Assembly: GCF_036588685.1 (NCBI RefSeq)
Contig: NW_026963309.1
Coordinates: forward strand, 620,001 to 684,000
Length of the DNA stretch: 64,000 nt
Direction: 5' to 3'
From: Mytilus trossulus
Lineage: Eukaryota
The position numbers were made by a program, and so were the translations under genes. The notes under the pieces were generated by a model, which worked only from the letters and a program-made list of their open reading frames with translations, was not told where the DNA came from and did not search any database. The first letter of the stretch is position 1. Every line of letters begins with the position of its first letter. This document shows, in pieces, positions 37,606-50,878 of this stretch.

Positions 37606-39807
37606 TTATCTTTATATTTATCAAAATTGCATAGACCTTATGTCTAGATGTAGTCCATTCGTCCACACCACCCTTGTGTAATCGTGTAAACTGTATATAT
37701 TTGAGTTTTATATACATGTACATAGACATTTCATTTACATATTATGTAATTAATTTACATCATACATGTCTATTTTCAGGACCTGCGATCCGTGCAGTTA
37801 GGCATGTTTTTCTTTGGTGTTCAAGAGGTATATCACTGGATTGAGCTCTCTGTCTAAGTGTATTATTAAAGTGCTTTGCATTAAGCTCAGTTCATTGTTA
37901 TGCCAATGCATTCTTCTTAATATAAACAACTAAGGTAAGATTATTGAAATTGTCATCACCAGGAATCATTGAAGCAGCATCCACTGAGCATGAATAGTTT
38001 AAGATACACGTGAATTAAATTATTTTAGATGAATTTGAAACAAATACTTTGCATCTAGATAGCCAAATAAAAAAAGTACATTGTAATATACCAAACATTG
38101 CTACCTGGAATATGAGAAGATGACAGGGGTAAGGGAGACAGGGAGAAAGGGGGTAGGAGAAAGGAGAGGAAGGCTGGGAGAAAGGAGAAAAAGTTGGAGA
38201 AAGGAGATTTTTTTTTAATTTATCTCAAAAGGAGATGTTTCATTTTAATGGGAGAAAGGAGAACGGGGGTATGAGAAAGGAGAAGAGGGGTGGGAGAAGG
38301 GAGAAGAATTAAAACAATCTAATTAAAATATTGATCTCTGATTACGTTATACTACATATATGTAGTATAACGTAATCAGAGATCAATATTCTAATTAGAT
38401 TGGAATTAAAATATATGTGAGATAAAACAGAAGTGTACTTTCTTGCTCTGACATCTAGCCCCATGTGCATGCCAGGTATTATCATCACTTTTAACTATTA
38501 GACATTTAAGAAACACTGTCAAACATGTATAGTGAATCTTTCACTAATAATACTGGGATGATCCTTGACTAGTGTTCCAAGTAAGAAATGCACACCACAA
38601 TGGACATAATTAGAACCATACGAGAAGAACATACATACAGGTTCTTATAAACCATCTTGCATATCAAAATTACTTATAATTAAGAAATGCAGCTTATGTG
38701 TTCCTCTACAAATTTAATATTTTTGTTGCAAGGAAGTGGATCTCATTTTAACAGAATCGTTTGATAATCCATATATTGTGTACAAAAAGTGTCTCCTCCA
38801 ACTCAAAGATAATCTTGAACATAAAACCTAATTGACATACAATTTATTTTCACACAATATCAACTATTGTCATTATCCGGAAAAAAATCTAATCCGAAGG
38901 ATTTGGTTAACTTTTATAAAAAGTCAAAATTTTATTAACAAAAATATAACTTATTTACAGAAAATACACGAAAGAAATACTATACATATTCAAATCACTC
39001 AAAAATAAATTAACGTCTCTTACAAAATCTACATAATCACATCGAAACTATCAAATTGATTGTGAAGGAAAAAATAAATGGTGAGGCTGATTGACGGATA
39101 GGAAATTTCCGTAATTAAAAAAGGTACAAATGATGTTTTTATTTCAGAGTTTTTGACAAAATAGTTTGGAATTTGCTCAACAAAATTTGCATGCAGTATC
39201 GCAATGATATCTTTTGTCATCTCAAATGTCGAATACAGTTTTTGATTCATATGTGTTCTCGTTTTCAAAGAAAAACGCGTTAAATTTCTATCTAAAAAAA
39301 CAGCCAACTTCATGTTTGAAAGTCTTACTTTGATATGGTATTACATTTCTGTCTTCATTATTCCGATGATCCTTAATGATATGTGCATAGAAAATATTTA
39401 CGAAAATAGCGGGAAATTTAACCAAAAAAAATATGTTTGGATTTTAAGGTAACTACCCAAAACCGTAAATTGAGAGGTACCCCATTAAAGGAATAAAATA
39501 CAAAAATGTGACCATAGAAACTTTTTACGACCCGACGGAAATTAAAATATAGATATAATTCTATCATTTAAAACAATTTGCAGTCGTATGTTATTCCGGA
39601 CCATTAAACTCGTTAACTAAGCGTCTTTTTCGATGTCAGTTGCAGTACTATGTCCTCAAAAATATTTAACACACGATATAAAAATTATGACATTTATAAT
39701 TAGTATGTGTTCTCGTAAGTCTATTTTAATTACAAAATTTAGAATGAACCTTTTCAAAGGGATATTTTTCTGCTAATGCAAGAGTATCACAAAATGCAGT
39801 AAATAAT

Positions 39808-40858
39808 ACATTTTGTGATACTCTTGCATTAGCAGAAAAATATCCCTTTGAAAAGGTTCATTCTAAATTTTGTAAAGCAGTATTAGGACTGAGAAAGACA
39901 GCCACTAACATAGGTGCTAGATCAGAACTAGGTAGATTTACTTTGGACTCCTATATATAAAAACTCAAACACTCAAGTATTTTTATAGAATAAAGTGTAA
40001 TGATATAAATCCCCTGGTTAAAGAATCTCTACAAACAAACATAAATTTACATTCAGAAGGAATTTATTCTTGGTACTCATTTGCAGATAAAAATTTTAAA
40101 GAAATGAAAATAAAACCAGAAAATTACTCTAATAATAATGTACCTTTTAAACAATCAAAAAACATGTTAAAATGTAATATAAAACAGTGTGTTTCAGAGG
40201 AATATGAAAAAAATACTTTAATTATACTTTCAAAAATGGATTCCTCATCCAAACTTTGTCTTTATGGGAAATTAAAAAATAATTGTCAGTCGGATGAATA
40301 TTTAAATTGCAATAATTTTATACATAGGCAGTTACTCTCTAAATTTAGACTAAGTGATCATTCCCTAGACATTGAATTAGGAAGGTACAGAAACATTCCA
40401 AGAGCACAAAGATTATGTAAAAAATGTGAAGTCCTAGATGATAAATTTCATTTCTTTTTGTATTGTGACATTAACATATCTTTGCGTTCTAATCTGTTTG
40501 CTTATCTAACAGACTATGTACCATTATTTCAACATCTTGATGCATTCAATAAACTTAAACACATTCTAAACCCCATCCCTGATCTTGTTTGTCATATTGG
40601 AGTCTTCATTAAACCGAGTCTTTAGAACTGGGGGAGTCAGACGGCCGTGTCGGGCAAGGTTATGATGGTGTTGTTTTTTTACATACATTTATAATTGAAC
40701 TCTAATGTTCTATTATTCTATAAATTGTATTGTATTATTTTGTATTTCATTGTATTACATTGTATTTTATTGTATTGCATTGTATAGTATAAAATTATTG
40801 TTTGATGGTATTGCTTGACCCTCATGGGTGTAGTTTTGCAATAAAGATTACATTATTT
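39808..40858 (+). mobile_element. Duplicate 5'-truncated LINE
   Basis: Near-identical to 28086-29135; includes ORF 40104-40625. Confidence 0.8.
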
Positions 40859-41503
40859 TAATTACAACTCTTACTCTCTTACTGGACTCTTAACCAAATG
40901 CATCTTCAGTATATATATTTATGCTCTTACAATAACACAATCTTTAATGGATGAATATATTAAAAAGTCTTATGTCTTCAGATGAAAAAAATCCTGTCTT
41001 TGTAATTTATCCCTAGTAGCATTCATCTCAACTCGGCCGATTCCGTACCCTCATCTAAGATAGAAGCCGGAGAGTAGCGGATTTTACCGAGGATAGCCGA
41101 ATGTCACCAGTAGTTATTCTAATATGTCTCTTTTAAAGTTAATTCACCACTTTCAATAAATCCTTTACCACATACATCACAGTCAGGAGGTTTAATCGTA
41201 TGTATGTGTTCTCATTTTTGACTCCTAGGAGTCGATATTAAGAATTGAACGATGGACACTTAGGAAGTGAATTTTTCTTGCGACCTGATTGGAAGATATC
41301 ACAAGACGTGCATAATCAAAATTTATTGATTGGTTAGGACAATCCAAACCTAGTAAATGTTCTTCAATCCCGTAGAGTGTCGGATTTGTCGTCTCTATTT
41401 TAGCGATTAGATTTTTTTTCCATTTTCATCAGCTAAGAGTCGAATATAGCACTTTTTGAAAGGCTATCGCTTGTGTGAATTTGTGAATAACGTAGAGTTA
41501 ACC

Positions 41504-43148
41504 TTATAAATCCCAGTCACGTGGTTTATCAGTATTATCATCAACTGTATGTGTTCTCATGTGAACCTGTAAAATGTCAGGCCGACTAAAAACTTTACCA
41601 CATACATCACAGTCATAAGGATTATCACCTGTATGTATTCTCTTGTGAGTCTTTAAATTACCTTGCACACTAAATCCTTTACCACATACATCACAGTCAT
41701 AAGGTTTATCACCTGTATGTATTATCATGTGTCTTTGTAAATTATGATGGCTTCTCAATCCTTTACCACATATATCACAATAATGAAGTGAAGCACCTGA
41801 ATGGGTTCTGGCGTGTCTCAGTAAAGTATAATGATGACCAAACCCTTTACCACATACATCACATTTATGAAGTTTTTCGCCAGTGTGTGTTACCATGTGT
41901 CTCTTTACGTCACCAGCCGCACTAAACCTTTTACCACATACATCACAGTCATAAGGTTTATCACCCTTTATGTATTCTCATGTGTGTCTTTAAATTATCT
42001 TGCGCACTAAATCCTTTACCACATACATCACAGTCATAAGGTTTGTCACCTGTATGTGTTCTCATGTGTCGCTGTAAATTACTAGACGTATTAAACCCTT
42101 TCTCACATACATCACATTTATGACGTTTTTCGCCAGTGTGTGTTATCATGTGTCTCTTCACGTCATTACCATGCTTAAACCTTTTACCACATACATCACA
42201 GTCATAGAGTTTATCACCCTTATGTGTTCTCATGTGAGTCATTAAATTACCTTGCTCAATAAATCCTTTACCACATACATCACAGCCATGAGGTTTGTCG
42301 CCTGTATGTGTTCTCATGTGTCTACGTAAATGACTGAGTCGGCTAAACCCTTTACCACATACATCACAATCATGAGGTTTATCTTTAGTATGTATTCTCT
42401 CGTGTATATCACTCTTATGTATTCTCATGTGAGTCTTTAAATAACCTTGCTCACTAAATCCTTTACCACATACACCACAGTCATAAGGTTTGTCGCCTGT
42501 GTGTGTTCTCATGTGTCTCTGCAAACTACTAAGCCGACTAAAACCTCTACCACATACATCACAATCATGAGGTTTATCTCCAGTATGTGTTCTCTCGTTT
42601 ATTTTTAGGTTATAACCTCGAAAAAATTCTCTATGACAAAAATCACATTTGTGACGTTTTCCATCAGTATGTGTTTTCATGTGTCTCTGTAAGTAGCCAC
42701 TGTGACTAAATTCTCGAGCACAAACATCACATTTATGAAGCCTATTACCATCCTCTGTTCTTATTTGTCCCTGTTGAGTACCATTAATTGTGACTAAATC
42801 CTCTGTTCTTATTTGTCCCTGTTGAGTACCATTAATTGTGACTAAATCATCTGTTCTTATTTGTCCCTGTTGAGTACCATTGATTGTGACTAAATCCTCT
42901 GTTCTTATTTGTCCCTGTTGAGTACCATTAATTGTGACTAAATCCTCTGTTCTTATTTGTCCCTGTTGAGTACCATTAGTTGTGACTAAATCATCTGTTC
43001 TTATTTGTCCCTGTTGAGTATCATTAATTGGGACTAAATCATCTACCTCGTACATCCTATTAATAAGGTTGACCTCTAGTAAATGTGTTTGTTCTTGTAC
43101 GTCTCTGTAAGTAAAAAATGAAGACTTAAGTATATGTTTTGTAGACAT
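41504..43148 (-). pseudogene. C2H2 zinc-finger paralogue 4 with a +1 frameshift after finger 9 (14 finger units in total)
   Basis: ORFs 41961-43148 and 41504-41896 together match paralogue 3. TCACCCTTTA at 41961-41970 versus TCACCTTTA in paralogues 2/3 shows one extra C, which could be a sequencing error. Confidence 0.75.
42756..43043 (-). repeat. 48-bp coding minisatellite, 6 copies
   Basis: Six 16-aa units, same as paralogue 3. Confidence 0.9.
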
Positions 43149-46100
43149 TGTTTAGGTGCAAAAATAAAGAGATCTTCATGTTCTAGACGCTGTATGAATG
43201 TAAATAAGTAAGTAAGTAAATTTTATTTAGAGTCGGCATATATATTCATTTTTTATACATGATAACAGTGAAAACATGAGCTCTGGTGAGCTCTTTATTA
43301 ACCGACTATATGTGTACAAATTAAACTATTATAATGCGGCTGAGTTGTTATCTAATGTTTCGTAGCATTTTGTTCCTGTAAGACCCAAAAATGCAGTTAA
43401 TAAAAAAGAATCTAGACTTTATGTTCTTTTCGTGTATCTAACTTTTGTTTTGGTAAATTATAAATTACTTATTGAAATATCAGGTAACAAACCCGCATTA
43501 ATTGCTGGGACAAATGAAATATCAACTTGGACAAAATGGCTACCGCTTGAAAAACGATTGTGTAGAGATGGTTTTATAGAATCTACAATTTTTGAACTCA
43601 CGGACAATGAGGCAAATGTGTGTTCTTTCGGTAAATGTTATAAATATCTCACATTTTTAGGCATTTTTAGTTATGTCTACTTATAAAACTACCTTTTAGC
43701 CGTTAATTCAACGAAAAACGTCATTAGACATTTTTCTTATTCCAGCTTAATATGAAACCATGCACCGAGTCAAACGAAATTCGACGAAAGAACGACTTTA
43801 AATCAACCAAGAACTGCCACACTGCATTGCTTCTGTCAAGTTACGGGAAGATCAGAGAAATAGGATCACTATACATAAGAGTAAAAACAGTTGATAAAAA
43901 ATGTAACGTTGGACGTACGTTTTTTTTATATAGCTTTGTTGTTTTAATCTTCAAATATACTAGATATTACTAAGCATATGACCAAGAGCTATAAGAACAT
44001 AAAGGAAAACATATACTGAATTAGTTTTACTAGTGGTTAGTGTTTGTTAACATTTTCTTTTGTTTTGCAGAAGAAATTTCGAAGAAGTTCTGTTTTTAAA
44101 TCATAGGGGCTGTGTCAACGTATATTTGTTCCACCTAACAGAAGTTCCAGTGGAAACTTTATTATAAACAATGTCATAATACCTGTACCTGATGAAACAA
44201 ATATTCCATACTATGTATTCAGTTAGGAACATCTACTGTAATATTTATTCCGGTGGAAGTAATATTCCAGAATATTTTTTTCCATTTGGAACTTACATTA
44301 TGAAGGAACTCTATTCCGTGACAGTTGTAGGAACAGCGTGCGTTAGAGCAAGAAAGAATTCTTCTTTTGTTAATTATACTCAATTTTGTAAATTAACTCA
44401 TAGATAAATAAGAGTCCACCTGGAAAAGCAAAATAAGTGTTGTAGATATGGACTTTGAATTAAGAATTGAATTGTTTCTTTGTCGTAAAAAATGTTATAA
44501 AAATGAATTTGCGCAAAGATATGAAGAGGTACATGACAACAAAATATCATTTCATCATCAAAACAGAAAAGTCCTAAAATAAAACCAAAAGAACTGAATA
44601 TAAAGAATGATATTTGTCATGTGCAACAAAGAAGGCTGTTGGTGCTTGATTTGGTCCTCAAAGTTTATCTTTAAAATCATAAGAAACTTAATTAAAGACA
44701 CCAATCACAGGAACTGGTTGTTGTTTTAAACGTAGATTCAATACACTTACGTTTTATCATTTAAAGTGAGTTTCTCGTGCAATATTCGTTTTACAGTTAA
44801 AATGACTCCTCCGTGTGTCTGTATGTCATTTTATTAATATGATAGCCATTCCAAGCTGACAAAGAATAATACATTATGAGGTACTCCTTCGTTGGAGGAA
44901 TATTCGTGTTAAATTTACAATTATGACTCCTACCTGCCAACTGTATCTATGTGTTTAATGTATGTGTTTTTTACTAACATCCATAGCTTTATTTATACTG
45001 TATGTTGAAAACTAACAAAACTCAATAGCATGACAAATTTTTAGCAATACTCTAACTAAAACACATGTATAACCCGTAGTCATAATTGAAAATCACATCA
45101 TTAATTAATATGAAATTGTATTACTCATATTGTTTCATTCTTGCATATTTCCCTTTAACTTATTTCTAACACCTTGTATATGAATTAAAAATTGGATTTC
45201 GTGTTTTTATTCCAGATAAATAGATCACATCTTTGATTATTATTATAATTATAGTCTGAATTATATCCCCGTAAGCATCAGTATATCTGTAGTTATAGGA
45301 ATATCTAAAAAAAAAAAAAATATATAGACAATAGACAATAGTTATTTGTACAAAAACATTTACAATAAATGGTTATGGCATACACCATTGAGATAATAAA
45401 CTGACAATTATTAAATTTACTGTAATTAAAGATCATTATAGAGAGTGACATGCATGTAATGGTAGTCACACGGAAAAAAAAAGACTAAAAAAACATATGT
45501 GTATCTAGAGTTAACTCACTATCAATGATCATCAATGTTCATGAACAAAATAATAAACTAAAAAAATTGTATACATATTAAACAAATATATAAATTATAC
45601 AGATTTTCTTGATAAAAACTGCTATTCAAAAGTGTGGTTATATGCCTATGTGTTATATATATTCTGAATGCAATTTGATAGAATTGAAATTAAGATAAGT
45701 ATTAATATTTTGTAAATAGGTATCCCCCAATGATAAATAGCATGGACAGACTGGGAAGAATTGGTATTCATCCTCAATTTCTTCTTCTGTTACAGGATAA
45801 GTAAATGCGTCGATTTCTTTCAATGTTGGTACATTCCGCCCTCTTTCTGAATTGCAAGGGAATGGGCATTAGGTTTTTTACTTAGAACTGATCTGTCAGT
45901 TTTATTTTTACATATATCAATATAGGGGCCTTTTCCAATTATTTTAGTCTTACAAAAGAAATTTCGTTTTACATATTTATGGATAGGACAGTTCATAATT
46001 TGATAAGCCTGGTCAAAGATTCTTTTTATGATAGTATTTATATAATATTTTAAATAAACGACCAGATGTCAAATATAAGATGGCTCACACCGAAATCGGT

Positions 46101-46486
46101 GACATCCCATTAGTCCGAAAACCATTATTCCGACAGCCCATTATTCTAGAGTAGCTACTATATATACAGATCTAACATTGTTGGGTTGATGTTTAGACGA
46201 GTTATAATAAATTCTTATATCAGTACCGTTGTGCAAATCTTTAGATATATATCAGTCTAAAGATTTGCACAACGGTACTGATATAAGAAGTTATTATACG
46301 AAAATGTTGTTATTAAATCGTGTTGACAAATATTTCGGCTCAACACATGGCCTTCTTCAAGTGTTGACAAATATTTCGGCTCAACACATGGCCTTCTTCA
46401 AGTGTGGAGGACTTGAAGAAGGCCATTTGTTGAGCCGAAATATTTGTCAACACGATTTAATAACAACATTTTCGTATAATAACTTC

Positions 46487-47253
46487 TTTTATCATATACT
46501 TACACTAAATAACATAAGATTTTTACCGTATGATAATAGCCTTAAATTCAAGTATTTTCCATATTTTTCGAATTGGTGCTTAGCGGGCTGATATGAAAAG
46601 TTTATCACATGCTTTGAATGTTAACACATGCCTTTCCGTAACGTTATCACATGGCGTTCCGGTGATACTCGGCAAATTCCGGAAAATACACCTCAATAAA
46701 AAACATTGAAAAACATAACAAAGTAGTGTACAAAACAATTATTTGAATACTGGAATGTGTATGTGTAAAATAATTAAATTAGATTAAATTTAAAAAAAAA
46801 GTAAATTAAATAAATGCATTTTTTTATAGTTTTTCTGAAACATGATTTAGAAAGTTACTTTAAAAAAGTTGACTTTTCCATACAATGTTCATTATGTATA
46901 TTGTTGAATTATTTTTTTGTCGATTCGTCCATATAAAAATATGGGTTTTTTTTCTGTTGGGGAATATGATAGAAAGATTTTATACTGAATGTATCAAATT
47001 TTGGGTCCAACGTCCGTGAACTTTTTACTCTTTCAACTTCTTTTCGGGAACCACGTAAAAGGATCAATATATGAATCTGTTATTTTTCTCTACTGTTGAA
47101 GCATATGATAAAAAGATCATAACATGTCATTTTTCATATCGCATGTATTATCAGCCCTCGGTCAATATCAGCCCTCGAGCCATGCTGCTCTTGGGCTGAT
47201 ATTGACCCTAGGGCTGATAATATATGCGATATGAAAAATGACATGTAATAATC
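46487..47253. mobile_element. Asymmetric hairpin-ended non-autonomous element (Crypton-like)
   Basis: TTTTATCATATACTT at 46487 is inverted at 47099-47113, followed by a ~140-bp hairpin at 47114-47253. It interrupts one arm of a palindrome. Confidence 0.6.
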
Positions 47254-47496
47254 TGATAATATCAGTACCGTTGTGCAAATCTTTAGACTGATATAATTTT
47301 TTCCTTATCTGCATAGTATCGCCTATTCTAGACGTTCCGGTACATAGTAAATTTGCTGGTTGGTCTTTTTTATAGACTTTTATATATATATATATGGCTG
47401 ATTAAGATCCTTACTAGGCTTTCTCTCTCTCTTCGAATTGTCAGAATCGGACCAGGTGGTACCTGTTTAAAGAAGCATGTGTCGGGTTCAAACTTG

Positions 47497-48286
47497 TTCA
47501 TTTGTAAAGGAGCAGAACTCTAGAAGAGTTATCGTAACAACACTTAAATTCGAAACTGATCCGTGTTTTGTGGTTATACGACCGCAAAAAATAGAAAGAA
47601 ATTGGTCGTATATTGGTATCACGTCGTCGTCGTCGTCGTCAGTGTCGTCCGAAGACAGATGGTTTCCGGATAATAACTTTAGTATAGGTCAATAGAAATC
47701 AATAAATTTTAACACAAGGTTCAGGGTTGGACCTCTGCGGTCGTACCAACTGCGCTGGGCAAAGCAATTTATTCTATTTGTTAAGGGGCATATTTACTCT
47801 AAAACAGTTAAAGTGACGACACTAAAACTCAAACTTGATATGTGTTTTGTGGTAATAAGCATAGTGTATAAATTTTCATAATATTTTGTAGAGGCTTACA
47901 ATAGTTAGAGAACGGAAACGAAAAATTCAGCAATTTTTCCATTTGTAAAGGGGCATAACTCTAGAACGACCGAAGTGAAGCCACCAAAATTCAACCTTGA
48001 TCTGTATTTTGTAGTAATAAGCATCGTGTATACGTTTCAATCATTTGGTTGAGGCAAACTAAAGTTAGAGAACGGAAACCAAAAATTAAGCATTTTTTTT
48101 CCATTTGTAGAGGGGCATTACTCTAGAATGGTTAAAGTGACGCCACCAAAATTCAAACTTGATCTGTATTTTAGGGTATTGTGTATAAGTTTCATAATTA
48201 AAGTTAGAGAACGGAAACCAAGTTGGGACGTACGGACGGACAAGGGTACAACTTAAATGCTCCCTACGCTACGACGGGGGCATAAA
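47497..48286 (+). mobile_element. Helentron-type non-autonomous element(s)
   Basis: ~160-bp units, GGAC tract, 3' hairpin ATGCTCCC...GGGGCAT; related to 5002-5990. Confidence 0.6.
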
Positions 48287-49210
48287 GAGACTGACAACTA
48301 TGCAGATCACTACTAGGCCGAACAAACAAAAAAGGAGGGACAAACATCTTATAAACGGTTTTGAATATTGACGAGGGTTGAAGATTATTCACAATGATAA
48401 TTTGTCTAGGCCGTACGGTGACCTATAGTTGTTCATTTCCGTGTCATTTGGTTATTTGTGGACAGTTCACAGTTGTCTCGTTGGCAATTTACCACATCTT
48501 CTTTCTTATATTCACAATACGCTAAAATACTTATTTTAGAAAGTAACAACGTGTTGAACATACAAGTATTCACCTCAGAATCATGAAGTCTTTTCTAATC
48601 CGCTGCATTTGTCTATTCAATTGTGTTCATGAAATACTTTTTCTCTCCACTAATTTCGATCGATTTTGAACAACTGCTTCCACGACTTTGGGGATAAAAT
48701 CAAAAGGGATCTCCTATTATGTTACCATATACATGCAGGTTTTATTATAATTCCATGTTAAGTTAAAGAGTTGTTATCCGGAGAGTCAAACGCCTTTTCT
48801 TTGTGAACTTATTTCGATGTGCAACTTTGTACATAGTGATCTCGAAATGTATATGGACTTTGCTCATTGTTGAAGTGACCTATAGTTGTTAATGTCTGTG
48901 TCATTTTGGTCTTTTGTGGATAGTTGTCTCATTAGCAATCATACCACATCTTCTTTTTTATACTTCCATTTATGTTATGTGGTCATATACAAGATTGTTT
49001 CCAATCCATTACAAGGTTCTAGACTTATAATCTGTTAACTCCTTTCTTGTACTGCTTTGTTTATTTGTAGTAACTGTGACCTTAACCCTCAAACGAAGTG
49101 ACCTTATAGAACTATTGATATTCATTATGTTTGACCATAGGTTGTATATGGACTGGACTACAGTGGCAACTTGCTGGAATTAAGTAGACAGTGACTGGAC
49201 ACAGAACTAA

Positions 49211-49511
49211 GACAGCAACCATTTGATTTTCTGGGCCCCCCCCCCCCCCCAGAAAATCAAATATGTTTTTTTTTGGAAAAAAGTTTGTTTCCAGGTTTTT
49301 GGTGAAAAAATAATTTGTTTTGGACCCTGAGAAAAAAAAAATGTTTGTTTCACCCTGAGCTGCCACTATATAATGCTAAAATTGAAAGAAAAAATTGTTT
49401 TTGGTTTGTCGCTACAAAAATAGATTGTTCTTCGCCGAAGGCGAAAAAAAAAGTTTGCACAGAAAAAAAAAACCATACCCCCCCCCCCCAGAAAATCAAA
49501 TGGTTGCTGCC
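49211..49511. mobile_element. MITE with ~25-bp TIRs and TAA flanks
   Basis: GACAGCAACCATTTGATTTTCTGGG / CCCAGAAAATCAAATGGTTGCTGCC. Confidence 0.75.
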
Positions 49512-50878
49512 TAATTATCAATCAATCAATGGTACTAGACATACACGTCAAGTCGTATTTTTAAACGTGCTAGTTGGCAAGGTAAACGTCAATCCTATAG
49601 AAACTTCACCCAACCAGGACAGAATATGCTGACTCCAGAGACCATCAGTCTTTGTTCTTATTCCTAAATGCGTGCAAAGCGGAAAAGCTGAAAATACCAA
49701 TTTGAAAATAAATACCGAGTTTGGACCCGACCGGGATGGTCGAACCCACGACCTGACGCACTCCCCGAGTCGTGCAGGCTCCTTTGAGCCAAGAGACAAA
49801 AAATAAGTGGTTTGTGATAAGGAAAGATAGAAATACACCGTAAACATCAACTATACATTTATTTTTATTTCTACATGCATAAATCTAGTGTCATATATCA
49901 GACACCATTTTGTATTCCTTCACAAATGACGACAAAAATATATTATGTACAAATTTATTGTTTTTAATGCTTCCTTTTTCTGCTGTTAAAATACTTTTTA
50001 TAGCAAAAGTTTCTATTGTCAATCTTGGTCATTAATATTTATAGTTTTTTTTTCGTTCTATTCTCGGTCATTATCTACCAATTCGACATCATTTTTCTCT
50101 CTCTTTCATATAAACTAAACAATTCAATAAATTTAATGAAAACCACTTTCTGTAACTACAATACCAAACTAGCATATATTCAATTCATTTGAGAAAGTAA
50201 AGTTGTTTTCTTTTTTTATTTCTCTTTATTCTTTATTTACATCATATATTGAGAAAGCTTTGAAAAAGCTTTCTTTTATTTTTTTCTCTTTGTCATTTAT
50301 TTACAACATTACTAAGTTTTATTTTCGTATAAAGTAAAAAAATAAACTAAAAAATATAAAGGTTCTCTTTTCAGTATTTGGCCTAACAATACTCGAGACA
50401 TGCATGTACATACTTCAATACATTATAAGAAAGAAACGCTACAAACTTGCAAAAGCAGAATTAGCCAATATGTTCACTTCTTCTTAAAACAAAATAAAAA
50501 TGTAAAAAAAAAAAAAATCTTCAAGACATCTTTTTTCCGTTTATCATATATGAAACTACGAAATAATTCTGTCTTTTTCTATAGCAAGCCGTTTAACTAT
50601 TTATTCTAAACTTCAAGATATCTAATAAAACTTGATGTTAAGATATCTCATATAGTTTATAAGATATCTTGTATATAAAATTGAGAATGGAAATGGGGAA
50701 TGTGCCAAAGAGAAAACAACCCGACCATAGAGCAGAGACAATAAATATGTCTTCTGAAATTTTCAAGCTATATATATATATCCAGAGACATATATTGTTT
50801 GGCACAACTTTTTGGAATTTTGGATCCTCAATGCTCTTCAACTTTGTATTTATTTGGCTTTTTACTATTTTGATCTGA

